Assembly: GCF_009914755.1 (NCBI RefSeq)
Contig: NC_060939.1
Length of the DNA stretch: 64,000 nt
Strand: one strand, 5' to 3'
Source of the DNA: the human T2T-CHM13v2.0 reference genome, Homo sapiens
A program made the translations under genes and the position numbers. A model generated the notes under the pieces. That model worked only from the letters and a program-made list of their open reading frames with translations, did not search any database and was not told where the DNA came from. Positions 13,700 through 27,050 of this stretch are shown one piece after another (the stretch's first letter is position 1; each line of letters starts with the position of its first letter).

Positions 13700-16600
13700 C
13701 AGGAGTGTCCTTTGAAGTCCAGAGGCATCTTTGATACCAAGGAGCGAGGAGCCCACGCTCAGCTGGGACAGGGGGATGTGTCTGCATCGTGCCAGATTCC
13801 AGTAGTGCTAGGAAAAAGTCCTGGAGGTGGCCTGAAAACGGAACCCTTCTTGGTATCCGTCCTTCCATGTATGAAAAAACACCATGGGTGATTTTATCTG
13901 GGATAATAAAATATCCATCTAGTAGATTACATCATTTGGTTAGGAAACGGCTGGTTGAAAGAATATTCACTTAAAATTAAGAAGCAAAATATGTTTTCTG
14001 CTGCTGACATGAGTTTTTTTTTTTTTTTTTGCTTTGTTTTGTTTTTTTGTTTTCTCATTTCCCTGTTGATTTTAATTAATTTTGCCCTAGATTCATGAGC
14101 TTTGTAAACTTGGAGATTTTTTTAAAAATTTAAATAAATGAAAAGAGCCTTCAAGTTTTCCCCAGATCACCAGGCTTTAATATTAAATTACTGTTTTCCA
14201 GCAGGATCATCTGCAAAACTCTGATTTTGTTTCTTCTTCTGTTCCCATCCTGATAATTGTGGCTGAATTCCCTTGTCTTTAATATGCCATATATTCTCCA
14301 CCTGGCAAAGGATTCAGACAGATACAGATAATAAATACCCCGTAGACATACAGACAGAGAAACTGCTGTAATTGCTTTCATAATGACTCTGAGACATCAA
14401 AGGAAGGCAAATAATGGTATTTAACACTGTTTCCATTCTTTAGCTGAAATGTAATTTCATGGAGTTATTGTCAGGCAGCACGGTGAACGTACAAGTACAA
14501 CTGTCATATTCCGCTCATATTAATTAGCTGCCCACGAGAGGGCCAGGCGAGTAATGGCAAAGTTCTCCTCATTTCAGATGGTCTGATATTCAGACAGAAC
14601 CATAAGTACAATAGCTTGATTAACATAGTTGCTTAGATCAGGTTTTCCCTGGGAGTGTGTCAATTGGCATTTTGAAGAATCAATTAATTAGCACTCCAAA
14701 TAATCCATTCTTGGGTTAATGAAAGTGTTTTGTGCAGCTGCAAAAAATTACATGAAGAAAAACTCTACCTTTCCAAAGTGGCGATGAAAAAGATTTATCT
14801 CAGAAAACTATGCTGTCCATGTCAAAACGCCACCGAAAATGTGTGTTTCCTTTTAGAGCCGTGGAATCGACGTATAGGATTCTGACCACAACGCGTTCGT
14901 TTTGGCCTAGAAGAAAGCAAGTGGTGGGTGTTATGACGACACGAAAGTGAGAACTTTTATTTTCACTATTTTGTCTTGTAATCATGTCACTTAATTAGGG
15001 TAAGTCATAGCCAACGTTTTGCATATCGTTATCCACCATTTTAAACAATTACTCTTTGAAGACAGTGTGCGTATTAACATTTTTCAAATGCCAGTATCAC
15101 ACAGATATTCCTGCTTTTTAAAGTTTGAGATTTAATTCTCAGACAAATGAGAATTACACATTGAAGGGGCAAATTTATTTTTAATCAAAACTGTTAAGCT
15201 GAGAGATACAACACATTGTTAACACAAAGTTTACATTATCGGAAAACCAAACTGGGATCGGAAAATCCCAGACACCTTTGCCATCATTAAGATGATACTT
15301 TTGGCACACCTTATCAATTCTTCCTTTGACTTTAAAAGAGAGCTAATGTGATTGTCTTTCTCATCTCTCTTGAGATCCAAATTTTCAAAGGGGCTACTTT
15401 TCTGGCAGGGCTTTCTTACCTCTGAATGATATTAATCAAGTGTACAAATAAATAAAATAGTTTATTTGTTTATTTAAATATTCCCAGCATCCAAAACTTG
15501 GTTTAAAGTATAGAAAGTATTATATTTCCGCGTTATTCTCTTCTTCAGAAACATCCACATTTATCAGCTTCCCTGATGTAAGTCATTAAAAATTATGTTC
15601 AAGGGCCTTGAAATGGAAGGTATACAGTAAGTATGCATTAAATTAAGGTAAATGAGTCATTTTATCGACTAAAAATCATTCGGAATGAAAATATGAATTT
15701 TATCATTTGTGGGATTGGTTTGACATTTTTTGGTAGTGTGAAAAATGTGATTTGTCATTACCCACAATTAGTAACTTCTCAGTTCATTCTCTTTCATAGA
15801 CATGGCTATGAATTCAGGTAAAAATCAGCAGATTTAAAACAGAACAAAACACACGTTTTATCACTTCAGACAGCGATTGTTTCCTTTCCTTTATCCTAAT
15901 TTGGTTATAGATTTAAAAAAAAGTTAGAATTCAGATGAGGCTGGAGCGCATTTTGCTGCCTATTAATTTGTGGATGAGAGTTGTAGAGCTAGTTACGTGG
16001 GAAAATTACGTCTCAGAAGGGCGGATACATTTAGCATACGTCAAAATCAAGAATACACAGGAAAAAGATAAAAACACACAGGATTAAATAGAAACAGGCT
16101 GCTCATGTCTTTCCATTAAGATGAGAAATTCCCCCAAACTTAACCGTTTCCTTTCAGGCTTAATGAGGCTGATGATGTGGGTGATGAGGAAGAACCTCTG
16201 TTTCCGGGGCTGCTGAGGGGCGTACCCCACACCTCCCTATTCCTCTCCCTTCAAGGTGAAGAAGCAATCGGCCAGGGCTTGTTTCCTGGGACATTGGATT
16301 GGATGTTGCTGAGATTCAGCATCACCCGTTTATTGCTTATTCTTCATTTTTAGATTCTCGTAGAAATGTAAAATGGCAAAGTTTCATTGCCGCTGCTCGC
16401 TGTGGACTTCAGCCAGAAATGAGATCTATTGCTTATTTTGCTAATCAGCTCTTTCCATATCTGCATGCTCATTTTCTGATAGCTGATGAGGCGACAAGGT
16501 CATTGGACGTACAAGTACTTATTTAAAAACAGACATGAGAGTGAGATGGAGGTTAGTTGGGTCTATCAGAGCTGTCAATCAATTAATGAAAATTATTGAG

Positions 16601-17220
16601 CAAGGACACGGTGGGGGAAGTGAACAGAAGGAAGGAAAATGACCATGGAGACACAACATAGGGAAAACGACAGAACTGACTAACTGTGCTCACGTGAGTG
16701 CTAAAAACAGACATGCTCACATCCCAAGTGAGAGACAGCTCCGAGAAACACGGCGACTGGAGTCTCTGCCACTCTAAAGGCTCAGAAGCTGACAGCGCAG
16801 GGCTTTTGCCCAGAGGTATACCCCGAACAATGCCTTTTCTCAGACGTGGAGGAGAGAGGTGTCATGCCGGATGGGATGAATATTTTATTAATGTGCTGAA
16901 GAACTGTGGCCAAGATTTCAAATGGTTTAAAGACACTATTATTCAGACCAAAATTTGGACTAAATACAGGCCATACAAGTACAAATAGCCCCCTTTTTCA
17001 AAGAGGGGAAATAGCGGATCCCTACCTGGAACTGTACAACAGACATGGAAGGCAAAACGAGGCTAGGGAATGCTCTGTAAATGGCCACTCTGTCACTACT
17101 GCCCACCATGTGCCGGCGCATTCCAATCATCAGCACAGGAAAGAAATAATTCATAACTTGATCCTTGGGGGAAAGAAAGGAGGGATAAAATTACATATAA
17201 AAGAGTGGAAGGAGAGAAAA

Positions 17221-17265
<45 letters not shown>

Positions 17266-20200
17266 AGGAATGAGGGAAGAAGGGAGAAAAAAATTGCCGG
17301 TATGCTTGTGTGAATGAAAGATAGTGAGGCAGAAAAATGAAAAGGCTGCAAAGTCAAAAACGGGGAGATACTGACACCAAATCTCTGCAAAGCGTTCAAA
17401 ATTCTCCAGCTGCCACGCTTTTAATTTGCTACCATTCTAATTAAAATGCAAATTAAATTTATAATTAGCATCAGCGCTTTCTAAAGAAACCTCCTTGTGC
17501 GCTGCACAAACATATGGGACGATGCTGTAGTGTAAAGTTTGTAAAACAGAAGTCATGCACAAAGTGGTGGTGGGGGGAGTGGAGAATTTTTTTTTCTTTT
17601 CCCTGGGAAACAACTTTTATGCAGACTCGGGGTTGCCTTAAAGGAATGGCAGTGGTTCTCAGAGGAGGGTTGAAGTGAGTGAGTGTCCCATTGCAACAAA
17701 AGGATTGCTGAATATGGAAGACGGGCTGGGCTGTGACTTTGTGTTGAATCAGGTGTCAAGGGTTACCCTGCGTGTCATCAGGACTGTATAGGAGATGCCA
17801 AAAGGCAAAAGGGGTCAAAGCTTCTAATCAAAAAGTCTATGGCCAAAATTAACCGCTGCTTGCTTCCAGATAATTAATTTAAAAATTGATGGGGAACAAA
17901 GTACCAAAATTACCTCATGATTCAAACACATATCGTGTTTTCAAGATAAACTGTCCCTCCAAGTTGTTGTTCAAAGCTGAGGGTGTGTGGAGACCCGAGA
18001 GCCATGTTAACTAAATGTGGAATATATGTGGCACTTCATTTGCAGAGATCCTCACTGAGTATGCCAGTTTTCCCACCATAATCCTTTAGACATAAACACA
18101 TAAATCTGGTGTTGCTGTTTCTTCTTTTTTTTTTTTTTTTCCAGAAATACAATTGTGCTGACTGAGCCTCACGGTGCAGAAACAGCTCTGCCTGCAGCTG
18201 TAATAGGTGAAGGAAGATTACCCGCAACAAATTTGTTCTTATATTCACCACGTTTTGGTTCAAGGGAATCTTTATGAATTTATTTTTAAAAAAATCTGTG
18301 ATCCTCATGGTAATTGTGCTTCACTTTTCAGTGGAGGACCCTATCTGCTCCTAAGGTCTCTTTAATATTCCAGGGACTCTCCTTTATCTATTAACCAGGC
18401 TCTCCATCAGATATTTAAAAATTTGAATGTAACAGGAATGAATATTTCATAGATGTGTGTTAAGCTGTTATTAAACTATAATGTAAAGCAGGATTGTAGG
18501 AATATTTTTATATGTCAAAAAGTCAATTAAAATGATAAGCCTGTAATATCACTATTGTGGTGCTGTGCAAAAATTCATTTCATATGCACAGGAGGTCCTC
18601 AACTACCTAGCATTTGGGTGTGAGGCAGGTCTGTTACATATTCAGAGGCCTGTGTACTTCAATTTCATTAGTAACACTTAGGTCCATTTTTGGCAGAGAT
18701 TAAGTGGAGAGCTATGGAGGATAAATCTTACCTGACTTGATTTTTATTTAGCATTACAAAAACAGCATTAGGCATTCCTAAAGGTAGGTGCTTACCTAAA
18801 TGCATCGCAGATTCATTTGAAAATAAATGTCAATCCCCAGGAGCGTAAGGTGTCTATAATAAAGTCTGTAGGAAGGCTGCCACCATTGTCTTGAATTAAA
18901 AGAAATGTAGTGTCTGTTGGAGAAAAATATCACACAATAGTAAAGACAGAGGAGGAAATTAAAACTATTGCTAACCATAATAATATAATGCTTTCAAAAA
19001 CACAGCTTCCTATCTGTAGGCTTTAGAAGAAAAATAAATTTTGTGCAGGACGTGTGGGGAGGTGCTTATTTTTAAATTTTTCTACCTTCATACTTAGGAA
19101 GAAATATTCAGAAATACAGTCGGTAGAATTATGTCCAAATGCCATACTAAAAGTTAAATGCTTTCCCAAACTTTCTTTGACCATCAAATCTTCCCTGGGC
19201 AGTGGCCATTTTCAAAAATGGGATGTTAAAAGATGATCTGGTTGACAGGTTTGACATAACTCAATTAATCAAGACTTCGCCGAAGAAAGAAAAATAATTC
19301 TACCAATACATTGATGAAGGGTGTCTTCTTACATTCACAGAGTAGAAGTTCCTTATTTTTTCCTGGTGTCTAAGGGGAATGCAGGCCTCCTAAATAAGTC
19401 TTCTGTGTGACAGACAAAAGACCGAAAACTGTGGCATAAAAGCATTTCTTTGTTTAATTTCTAATTGTTGTCCTCCTCTTATTCAGAAAATGAAGTCACC
19501 TTTGTCGTGGTTTCATGAACCGCTGGGTAATCAAAATTATTATGCCGCCACCTGTTGTCTGTTAATTATTCTGAGAAGATACTCATAAATCATAACACTG
19601 GACAATAAATCAAACTGTCAGTTCTCAGATCAAAGTTTACCCATGAAAAGTTATAGGTCACCCACAGGGTGTGAAAGAGCAGGGTTTTAGAGCATCACTC
19701 ATTGTCAAGCACTGTTGGGAGAAGTGCCATCGAAACAAAAGGAAAACTGAAGTACAGAAGAATTCCAGCCAGGGGACAGGAGGAGTTGATCCAACATTGC
19801 ACATCCAACTACTAGCAAGACCCTCTCTCCAGGGCTCAGAGATTTGCTGCTCCTTCAGAACCTTTTCGCAAACACTGTCCCCTTTGGAAAAGCCTGAAGA
19901 GCTGTGGTGTTAGAACGCTATCTTTTCTTTTTCATGTTCACTGGAGAATATGCTGGAGAAGTTCACATCCTACTGCATTATTCATCAGGACAATCAGAAT
20001 ACATCACACTGGAGTTGATTGGAGGATGCTTCTGAATGTCTTACTTCCTAAATTAATTTGGTTTGGAATACGTTTTCCTTGTGGTGTGACAAGAACTTCA
20101 ACTGCATTTAATATTTTCAACTCATTTATTTTCAGTCCCCTGTATTTAAAATAACATCATCACTTCAAACCAGTGTGCATTGATGGATATCCTTGATTTG

Positions 20201-20550
20201 AAACCTGGCTAGGGGTAAATTATTTCTGATGTGGTGGGAGCAACCTTAGGATAAAGCATAATAAAGACGTCATGATAAAGTAGGCAGGGAACAGAAATAA
20301 TGTTTCAGTTGGAAGATGCATTGCCTGCTGTTTGAATTAAATTCTGTAAAATGGACATTGTGCCTTCATTAAAAATTTCTCCCCAAAATATTATTTTTTA
20401 TTTTGCTTTGCATTAATTTGTTATTTTCTGCTCCAATAACCATGGCTGTCCTCATGAGGAATAGAAGTACAATCAGAGGGTCCACTTGGGTCTGATTTTT
20501 TTTTAAAGGACACACCAGTTTGTGTTCAAACCATAGACCTAAGAATGCAT
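13700..20550. promoter_or_regulatory. Transposon-poor block, candidate cluster of conserved non-coding enhancers
   Basis: No recognisable interspersed repeat for about 7 kb, dense TAAT/TAATTA, TGATTGACAG and ATGCAAAT motifs, retained CpGs. Conservation is inferred, not measured. Confidence 0.5.
17223..17262. repeat. (GA)20 microsatellite
   Basis: Direct count. Confidence 0.95.
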
Positions 20551-21345
20551 ACTCAAATAGAATATACCCCTAAACATAATCCGCTCCACTTTCTTCCTTC
20601 AACCTGGCAAATCATTATCACTCCATTTTTAATGGATGAAAGTCAGTCTCAGAACATAAATGATTTGTCAGGTAGCAGTGGAGCTCAAAGCACATCCATT
20701 GATCCAACCTTAACTACGCCTTCAAATTTATACCCATGAATCAAAGAGTTTAATTCAAACGTCACAATGAAGGACATCATGGATGCCGAAGGCCACAGTG
20801 TAGTGAATTCAAGAGTTAACCACGAACAATTCTACATACGGACAATATCATAAAATAGGAAAGTCATGTTATTTGAGAGTTCTCTCATAATAATGGAAGT
20901 TGTTGAAGCTATTCTGATAATCTTTACATTTTTCACTGTGTTAACATTTGGGCATGTGAGTCCAGGTTGCTGAAGCAGAAATTGTGAACAGTGACTTTCC
21001 CAGTTTTCTCTCAGAGTAGAGTTGAGAGCTTTCATCCATTTGACATGCAGGCATTGAAGGCATGCTAGAAGCTGGGTAGAATAGTAGGTACCAGAGGCAG
21101 GGCCAGACTAAGACAAGCTCCTCTTGGAGCTGATAGTCCAGTAGACCTCTGTGTCCAGCAGATCCCTTAGATCCTGTCCCTTGGGGGAAAGCTTAGGCTG
21201 ATTGATTTTCCTTGGAAGGAGCTGGCTATGCCTATGCCCAGAGTGTGGAAAATCAGTCACTCTCCACAATGAGCATGTATCCAGTCATCGGGAAAGACCA
21301 CAGAAACCCTTCTACAGAAAGTTTGGATCATGGTCCACTAAACCC

Positions 21346-22102
21346 TGTTATAGGCTGAACTGTGTTCCCCTAATATTCGTGTTTTGAAGTCACAAACCTC
21401 AATGCCTCAGAATGTGAATTTATTTGGAGATAGGACGTTTACAGACGTGATTAGGTCAAAATGAGATCAGATAGGTGGGCTTTAATCCAATATGATTTGT
21501 GTCCTTATAAGAAGAGGAAGGGACACCTGGGCCACATATGCACAGAGAAAGGACCATGCGAAGAGCCAGCAGGAAGGGTGGCCATCTGCAGGCCAGGGAG
21601 AGAGGCCTCAGAAAGAAACAACCTTGCAGACATCTTGATCTTGGACTTCTTGCTTTCAGAACTATGAGACAATAAATTCCCTTGCTTAAGCTACCCAGTC
21701 TGTAATCCTTTGTAATGGCTGCCCTATATGGTAAGTCTGTGTCCCCACTCAAATCTCATCTTGACTTGTAGCTCCCATAATTCCCACAGGCTGTAGGAGG
21801 GACCCGGTGGGAGATAATTGAATCATGGGGGCGGTTCCCCCATACCGTTCTCCTGGTAGTCAATAAGTCTCACAAGATCTGATTGTTTTATAAGGGGTTT
21901 CCCGTTTCACTTGGTTCTCATTCGTCCTGCCTGCCACCATGTAAGACGTCCCTTGCTCTTCCGCCATGATTGTGAGGCCTCCCCAGCCATGTGGAACTGT
22001 GAGTCAATTAAGCCTCTTTCCTTCATAAATTATCCAGCCTTGCGTATGTCTTTATTAGCAGCATGAGAACAGACTAATACACTGCCTTAGCTGACTAATA
22101 CA
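21346..22102 (+). mobile_element. MLT1A/B LTR interrupted near its 3' end by THE1
   Basis: tgttataggctgaactgtgttcccc...aataaa...atggctgcc, resuming at ttagctgactaataca after the THE1. Confidence 0.85.
21724..22081 (+). mobile_element. THE1B/C solo LTR
   Basis: ctgtgtccccactcaaatctcatcttg...gagaacagactaataca, TSD CTGCC at 21719-21723 and 22082-22086. Confidence 0.9.
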
Positions 22103-23531
22103 GCTCCTTCCTGATGCAAGGGGAGATGTTCCTATACACGAGTATCTAGAGAAGCAGGAAGTTCTGAGGACAAGAAAGCATGCTGTGTGAGAATCCAGGA
22201 ATGTCATACTCTTCAGGGGAAATCCCTGATGTAATGGATAAGCCATTGTGGGGGACATCACCGTGGAGATTCCTGCCTGGCAGGCTGCTGCAGGAGCTTG
22301 GGAGGTCATCCCAAGTGCAGCTCAGACAGGGGACACTGCAATTTTCCAGCGTGGGCACAGGTCAGGGTTTGGCATTCACTGCCTTGCCCCTGCTAACCCT
22401 GCTGTTCCTCATGCCAGGCACACTGCTAACCTAGGTTCCACACATATTTCTCCCACCACCAGGAAAGCCTTCTCCAGAGTGTCCCTGGCCTTCTCTCTCA
22501 CTTCATTCAGGCTCCTGCTCAATAAGAGACGACTTCCCTGGCCATCATCTCTAAAAGAACTCCTGCATCACTCTTTGTCTTCTTACCTTGCTTTACTTTT
22601 CTTAATACCACTTACAACTACGTGAAATTATAGGTAGTTGTACAAGAATATACTGGAGGAGAATCGGGACCTTGTCATTTTTGTTCCCTACCACGTGGCA
22701 GTGCATAGAAGAGTGTCTAGCACGTGAATGAAGACCTCCCAGTGTGGTGGTGGTGGTGGTGAGCATTAAATAAGTTCCTGCAAGAGAAGTGCTTACAACA
22801 GTGCTTGACACACAGCAGGGCTGCAGACACACAACAGGGCTGTAGAACCTTTGACTGTCATGGATGAAGACATCATGCCAAGGGTTTCTATTCAGGAAAC
22901 ATGGGGTTCGTCAACAAACCCACCTGAAAAACTTGAACGTGGTGCATATGTCTGTTGAATGATCCCTCGATCATTTGTATTCTTTTATCCTAGTAAAACT
23001 TCAGTTTGTTGTTTTGTGGCCAGAATATGTAAAGTCAAGGGAGTTGGTGGCTGACAACAAAATACAAAAATACTGTTCCAGGATCTCTTTGCTGAGGTCT
23101 GGTGTAGGAAAGATAAATAAGACATTGTTGGGTACGTGTACCACTGAGCCAGGTTTCCATAATAGTCACATTCATGTGTATACACTCAGGCTTCTGGTGC
23201 AGAACTAGAGCTGTGTATGCTTTGTCCCTACCCAAATGTCACCTCAGAACTTCCTACCAAAATAACTTGCTATATATTAACTGAGAACTTCCACTGTAGA
23301 CAGACATTGTGTGAAAGGAAGGGTATATTCTATCATTATCATTATTCCCATTTGTCCATAAGGAAACTGAGGCTTAGAGAACATTTATGAAATAAATTCT
23401 ATGTTTTTAAGTATAGAAAAGTCCCTCTCATGAGGAATTATTATTAGGGCATCTCGGTGACTCTCATGTTCTTGGACAATAGTTTTGTGACCCACCTTCA
23501 TCGTATATTCAGTGAGGAATCCGAACTAGAT

Positions 23532-23735
23532 CAGAGATCGGCAAACAATGAAACACACTGCATATATTGACCAACACTAGGCTTTGCTAATAAAGTTTTA
23601 TTAGATTATACCCATACTTATTCATGTACTTTCTAAGGTTGCTTTGGTGCTGCAACCACGTAGTTGAATGCTTGCAGATAGTACAATATTTACTAACAGG
23701 TCCTTTGCAGAAAAAAGCTGAGAGTTCAGGACTAG
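23532..23735. mobile_element. MER58A-like hAT element
   Basis: cagagatcggcaaac...aataaagttttatt...cctttgcagaaaaa. Confidence 0.65.
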
Positions 23736-24068
23736 TGAAATTCTAAATTATCTCAGCCATCTAAATTATATTGCCCTATGTCAGAAAGTTGTTGTTATGC
23801 CCTCAGAATTTAATAAAGAGTTGTGGGCGGATTTTACTGGCCACATCTACAAATGTTATATTACAGCTTTTCAGAAGCTCTAACCAGTTACAGGTTAGGT
23901 AGCTCAGATGATGGAACTGTTTTCTTCAGTCGGTATTGCTATTTTAGAGCCAATAGCTAATAGGCCAGATAGTATTAGGTTAAAAATGGTGTGGCATTGA
24001 ATTCCCCTCTATTTCTAAAGCATAACTTTGTTTGGAACTGACTTGTGACTGTTAAAATATTTTAAACA

Positions 24069-24364
24069 GGTCAGGAACAGGTGCTCATGCCTGTAATCCT
24101 AGTACTTTGGGAAGCCAAGGCAGGAGGACTGCTTGAGGCCAGGAGTTCAAGAACAGTGTGAGTAACAAACCTGTCTCTACAAAAGAAAAAAAAAACAAAG
24201 AAAAACAAATTAGCTGGGCATTATGGAACATTTCTGTAATCCCAGCTACTTGGGAGGCTGACGCAGGAGGATCACTTGAGCCCAGGAAGTTGAAGCCACA
24301 GTGAGCCAGTGAGCCATGCTCAAGCCACTGCACTCCAGTCTGGGTGACAGAGGAAGATCTTGTC

Positions 24365-24393
<29 letters not shown>
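24069..24393 (+). mobile_element. AluJ
   Basis: gcttgaggccaggagttcaag and cacttgagcccaggaagttgaag, long A tail. Confidence 0.9.
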
Positions 24394-24395
<2 letters not shown>

Positions 24396-24989
24396 AGCAG
24401 TTTTTACTTGAGATGCCTTAAAGGAGAAAACACTGAAAATTTGATCCATTTTACTATAGTTTTTCTCAAATATAATTTTACACTAAAGATCCAATTTTGA
24501 CAATACTATTTGCAACCTTTTACTTTAATTTGTTTTTTCTCCTAGCAATTTATTTGGCAGTTGTTATATTCAACAGAAAATAATCCTTCATAGAGAGAGC
24601 TCAGTATTGCAGTAGTCAAATAGACACTAAGGCATGAAGAGAATTGGCTTATATTATCAAAGTTTATAATAAAATTCCTAATAGTCCTGATTTTTTTAGA
24701 TGGTTTTAGCCATTGTGCAGTGGGTTAAAATGCTGCACACCGCCAAGACAATGTCCCTGTGTGTGCTGAGGCACTGCTGTGGTATTGGAGGGGAATACAC
24801 ACAAGTTATTTTTGCTTTGAGTATAGGAGGCTGCAATCAGCACCGCATTGCAGAAGAAAATGCCCGTTTCTCCTTTTTCATCCCTTCTCAACTGTGTTAG
24901 AATGGTCAATTTCTGTCTCACAAAGCTCCTGAGACAATCCCAATAAGTCTAGAAGTTTATTCTAGGGTCCCCGTTTAAAGTATTCTAAG

Positions 24990-26220
24990 GTTCTAAATTC
25001 ACAAGGAGAGTAGAAAAAGTAATAATTTGGATTTGATTGAAATAATCCAAAAACTTATATGATAACCTCTGGGTAACCACTAAAAGAGAAGTAAAATAAG
25101 GATGATTAACAGGATAAGAGAATGTCAAGAGTGAGATAATAATATTAATAAACATTAATCCCAAAGAAGGCAAAAATAAAAGGAGAAAGAAAAATAAGTG
25201 GGTTAAATAGAAAAGCAGTATTAGTATAGTAAGTATTAGCATGGTAAGATAATAGATATAAACCCAAATATAACTGTAATTATACTAAATGTAAACTGAG
25301 TACCTAATCTCAAAAGTATGTAGTCAATTGAAAGAAATAAAAACAAAAACCCACGTAGAAGCAACTTTTAAGAGAAACACCTTAAATAGAAGGATGCAGA
25401 AAGGTTGAAAATATAAGAATGGAAAAAGATATTACGTATGTACACTAACCAAAATATAAATGTACTAATACTACTATCGGACAAACTAGATTCTAAAGCA
25501 AGAAGAATTACTAGAAACAAAGAGGAAAAATTTTACGATGAAAACTGGTCAATTTCCTAGATACATATAATAGCTTTAAACATGTATATGTACAATAACA
25601 TAACTTCAAAATATATAAAACAAAACTGACATAATTATGAGAAATGGACAAATCCACAAGAGTAGTAGAATTCAACACATTATATCTGATAGAACTAGCA
25701 GATAAAAAATTGGCAAGGTCATAGAATATCAAGACAATGAACAAATTTGATCAACTGATATATTTAACATGTATTTTTACATGTGCAATAGTACCGCATT
25801 TGCTATGGTTTGGATGTGTCCTTTCCAAAGTTCAGGTGTTTGCCGACGTGATGGTATTAAGCAGTAGGATCTTTAAGATGTGATTAGGCCAACAGGGCTT
25901 CTCCCTCCTGAATGGGATTAAGACCCTTATAAAAAATGCTTCATGCAGTGTTTGGTGAGATGCCCTTCCACCTTCCATCACGAGAGAACACTGCAGTCCT
26001 CCTTGTCAAGGGGTGCAGCCCTCACCAGGCAACCTAACCTGCCAGTACCTTGATCTTGGACTTCCCAGCCTCCACATCTATGAGAAAATAAATTTCTGTT
26101 CGTACAAATTACCCAGTCTCAGGTATTCTGTTATAGCAGCACAAACAGACTAAGATAGCATCCAACAACTATATAAAACATTAAAGCTAAAGCCTTATCG
26201 TTCTCAAGTGTACATGGAAC
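24990..26220 (+). mobile_element. Old L1M inter-ORF/endonuclease-region relic
   Basis: A-rich L1-like text (gaaaggttgaaaatataagaatggaaaaagat, gacaaactagattctaaagcaaga), split by an MST LTR. Confidence 0.65.
25801..26157 (+). mobile_element. MST (B/C) MaLR solo LTR
   Basis: tgctatggtttggatgtgtcc...acaaacagactaagata, TSD gcatt/gcatc. Confidence 0.88.
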
Positions 26221-26939
26221 ATGGTATGGCCCCATATTTCTCCTGTGGGTAAAACGCATATCTCCATTTATGTAGCAGATGTTTTGCACCCTGGGAGGCT
26301 CTTCATTTTCTGTTGCTTCCCTTGGCCACATCTAAACAGGATATTGAGAAGTGTGCTCTTCTTGCTGGCTAAGGAGCTTTCTAAGTCCAATTCCTGGCTG
26401 TTGAATACTAGGGGACTGAGGAGTAAGTCTCCAATGGTGATAGCCCAGTTTCATAGATTCTCAAGCAACCTGACTCAAAACCTCAGTAGCTTTTGCTTCT
26501 TTGATTACAGGCAGGGTTGTGAAGCTTGAAATATTAATTTGTTTTCTTGCCCTTATCCTCATACCATGGTATAACAAGAAGGGCAGGATTGGTCTATCCC
26601 AGGAGGAATGAGGTTTCTGTCACTGGCATGGCATGGAATTGCCAGCACATGGAAATGATAAAAAGTCAGGCTAATTTTTGGTAGGTTTTGCCATTGTTTT
26701 AAAATTCTCTATTGACAACGCACCTCCTTATTTTCTGGACATGGGTAAGAACGCTCCCATCACAGAGCCCCTCTCGGTTTGCGAGATCCTATTACCTCTG
26801 GTGTTCACGTTATGTGGGGCTATTGCATTAAGCCAGTCAGGCTTCTGTGGGAAAATCACATCCTCAATCTTATCTCTGTCAAGCATTATTTTAGTAAACT
26901 GAGAGGTTTTGACACTATCGTTAGGACGTTTTTGTTATT

Positions 26940-27050
26940 GTTTTAAAATTTTTATTGTACATATTTAAGGTGTACAAGATGATGTTTTGATACACATACA
27001 GTGAAATAGTTACTATGATTAAGTAAATTAACATACATCATCCCACATAA
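26940..27050 (-). mobile_element. L1MA 3' end fragment
   Basis: tttattgtacatatttaaggtgtacaagatgatgttttgata. Confidence 0.7.

Noticed and set aside
13412-13891. 159-aa ORF as a novel gene
   Set aside because: No recognisable domain, non-ATG start, and it partly overlaps L2-like sequence.
19542-19560. Possible CTCF site (minus strand ACAACAGGTGGCGGC)
   Set aside because: Only a partial match and equally read as an E-box. It needs PWM scoring and ChIP data.
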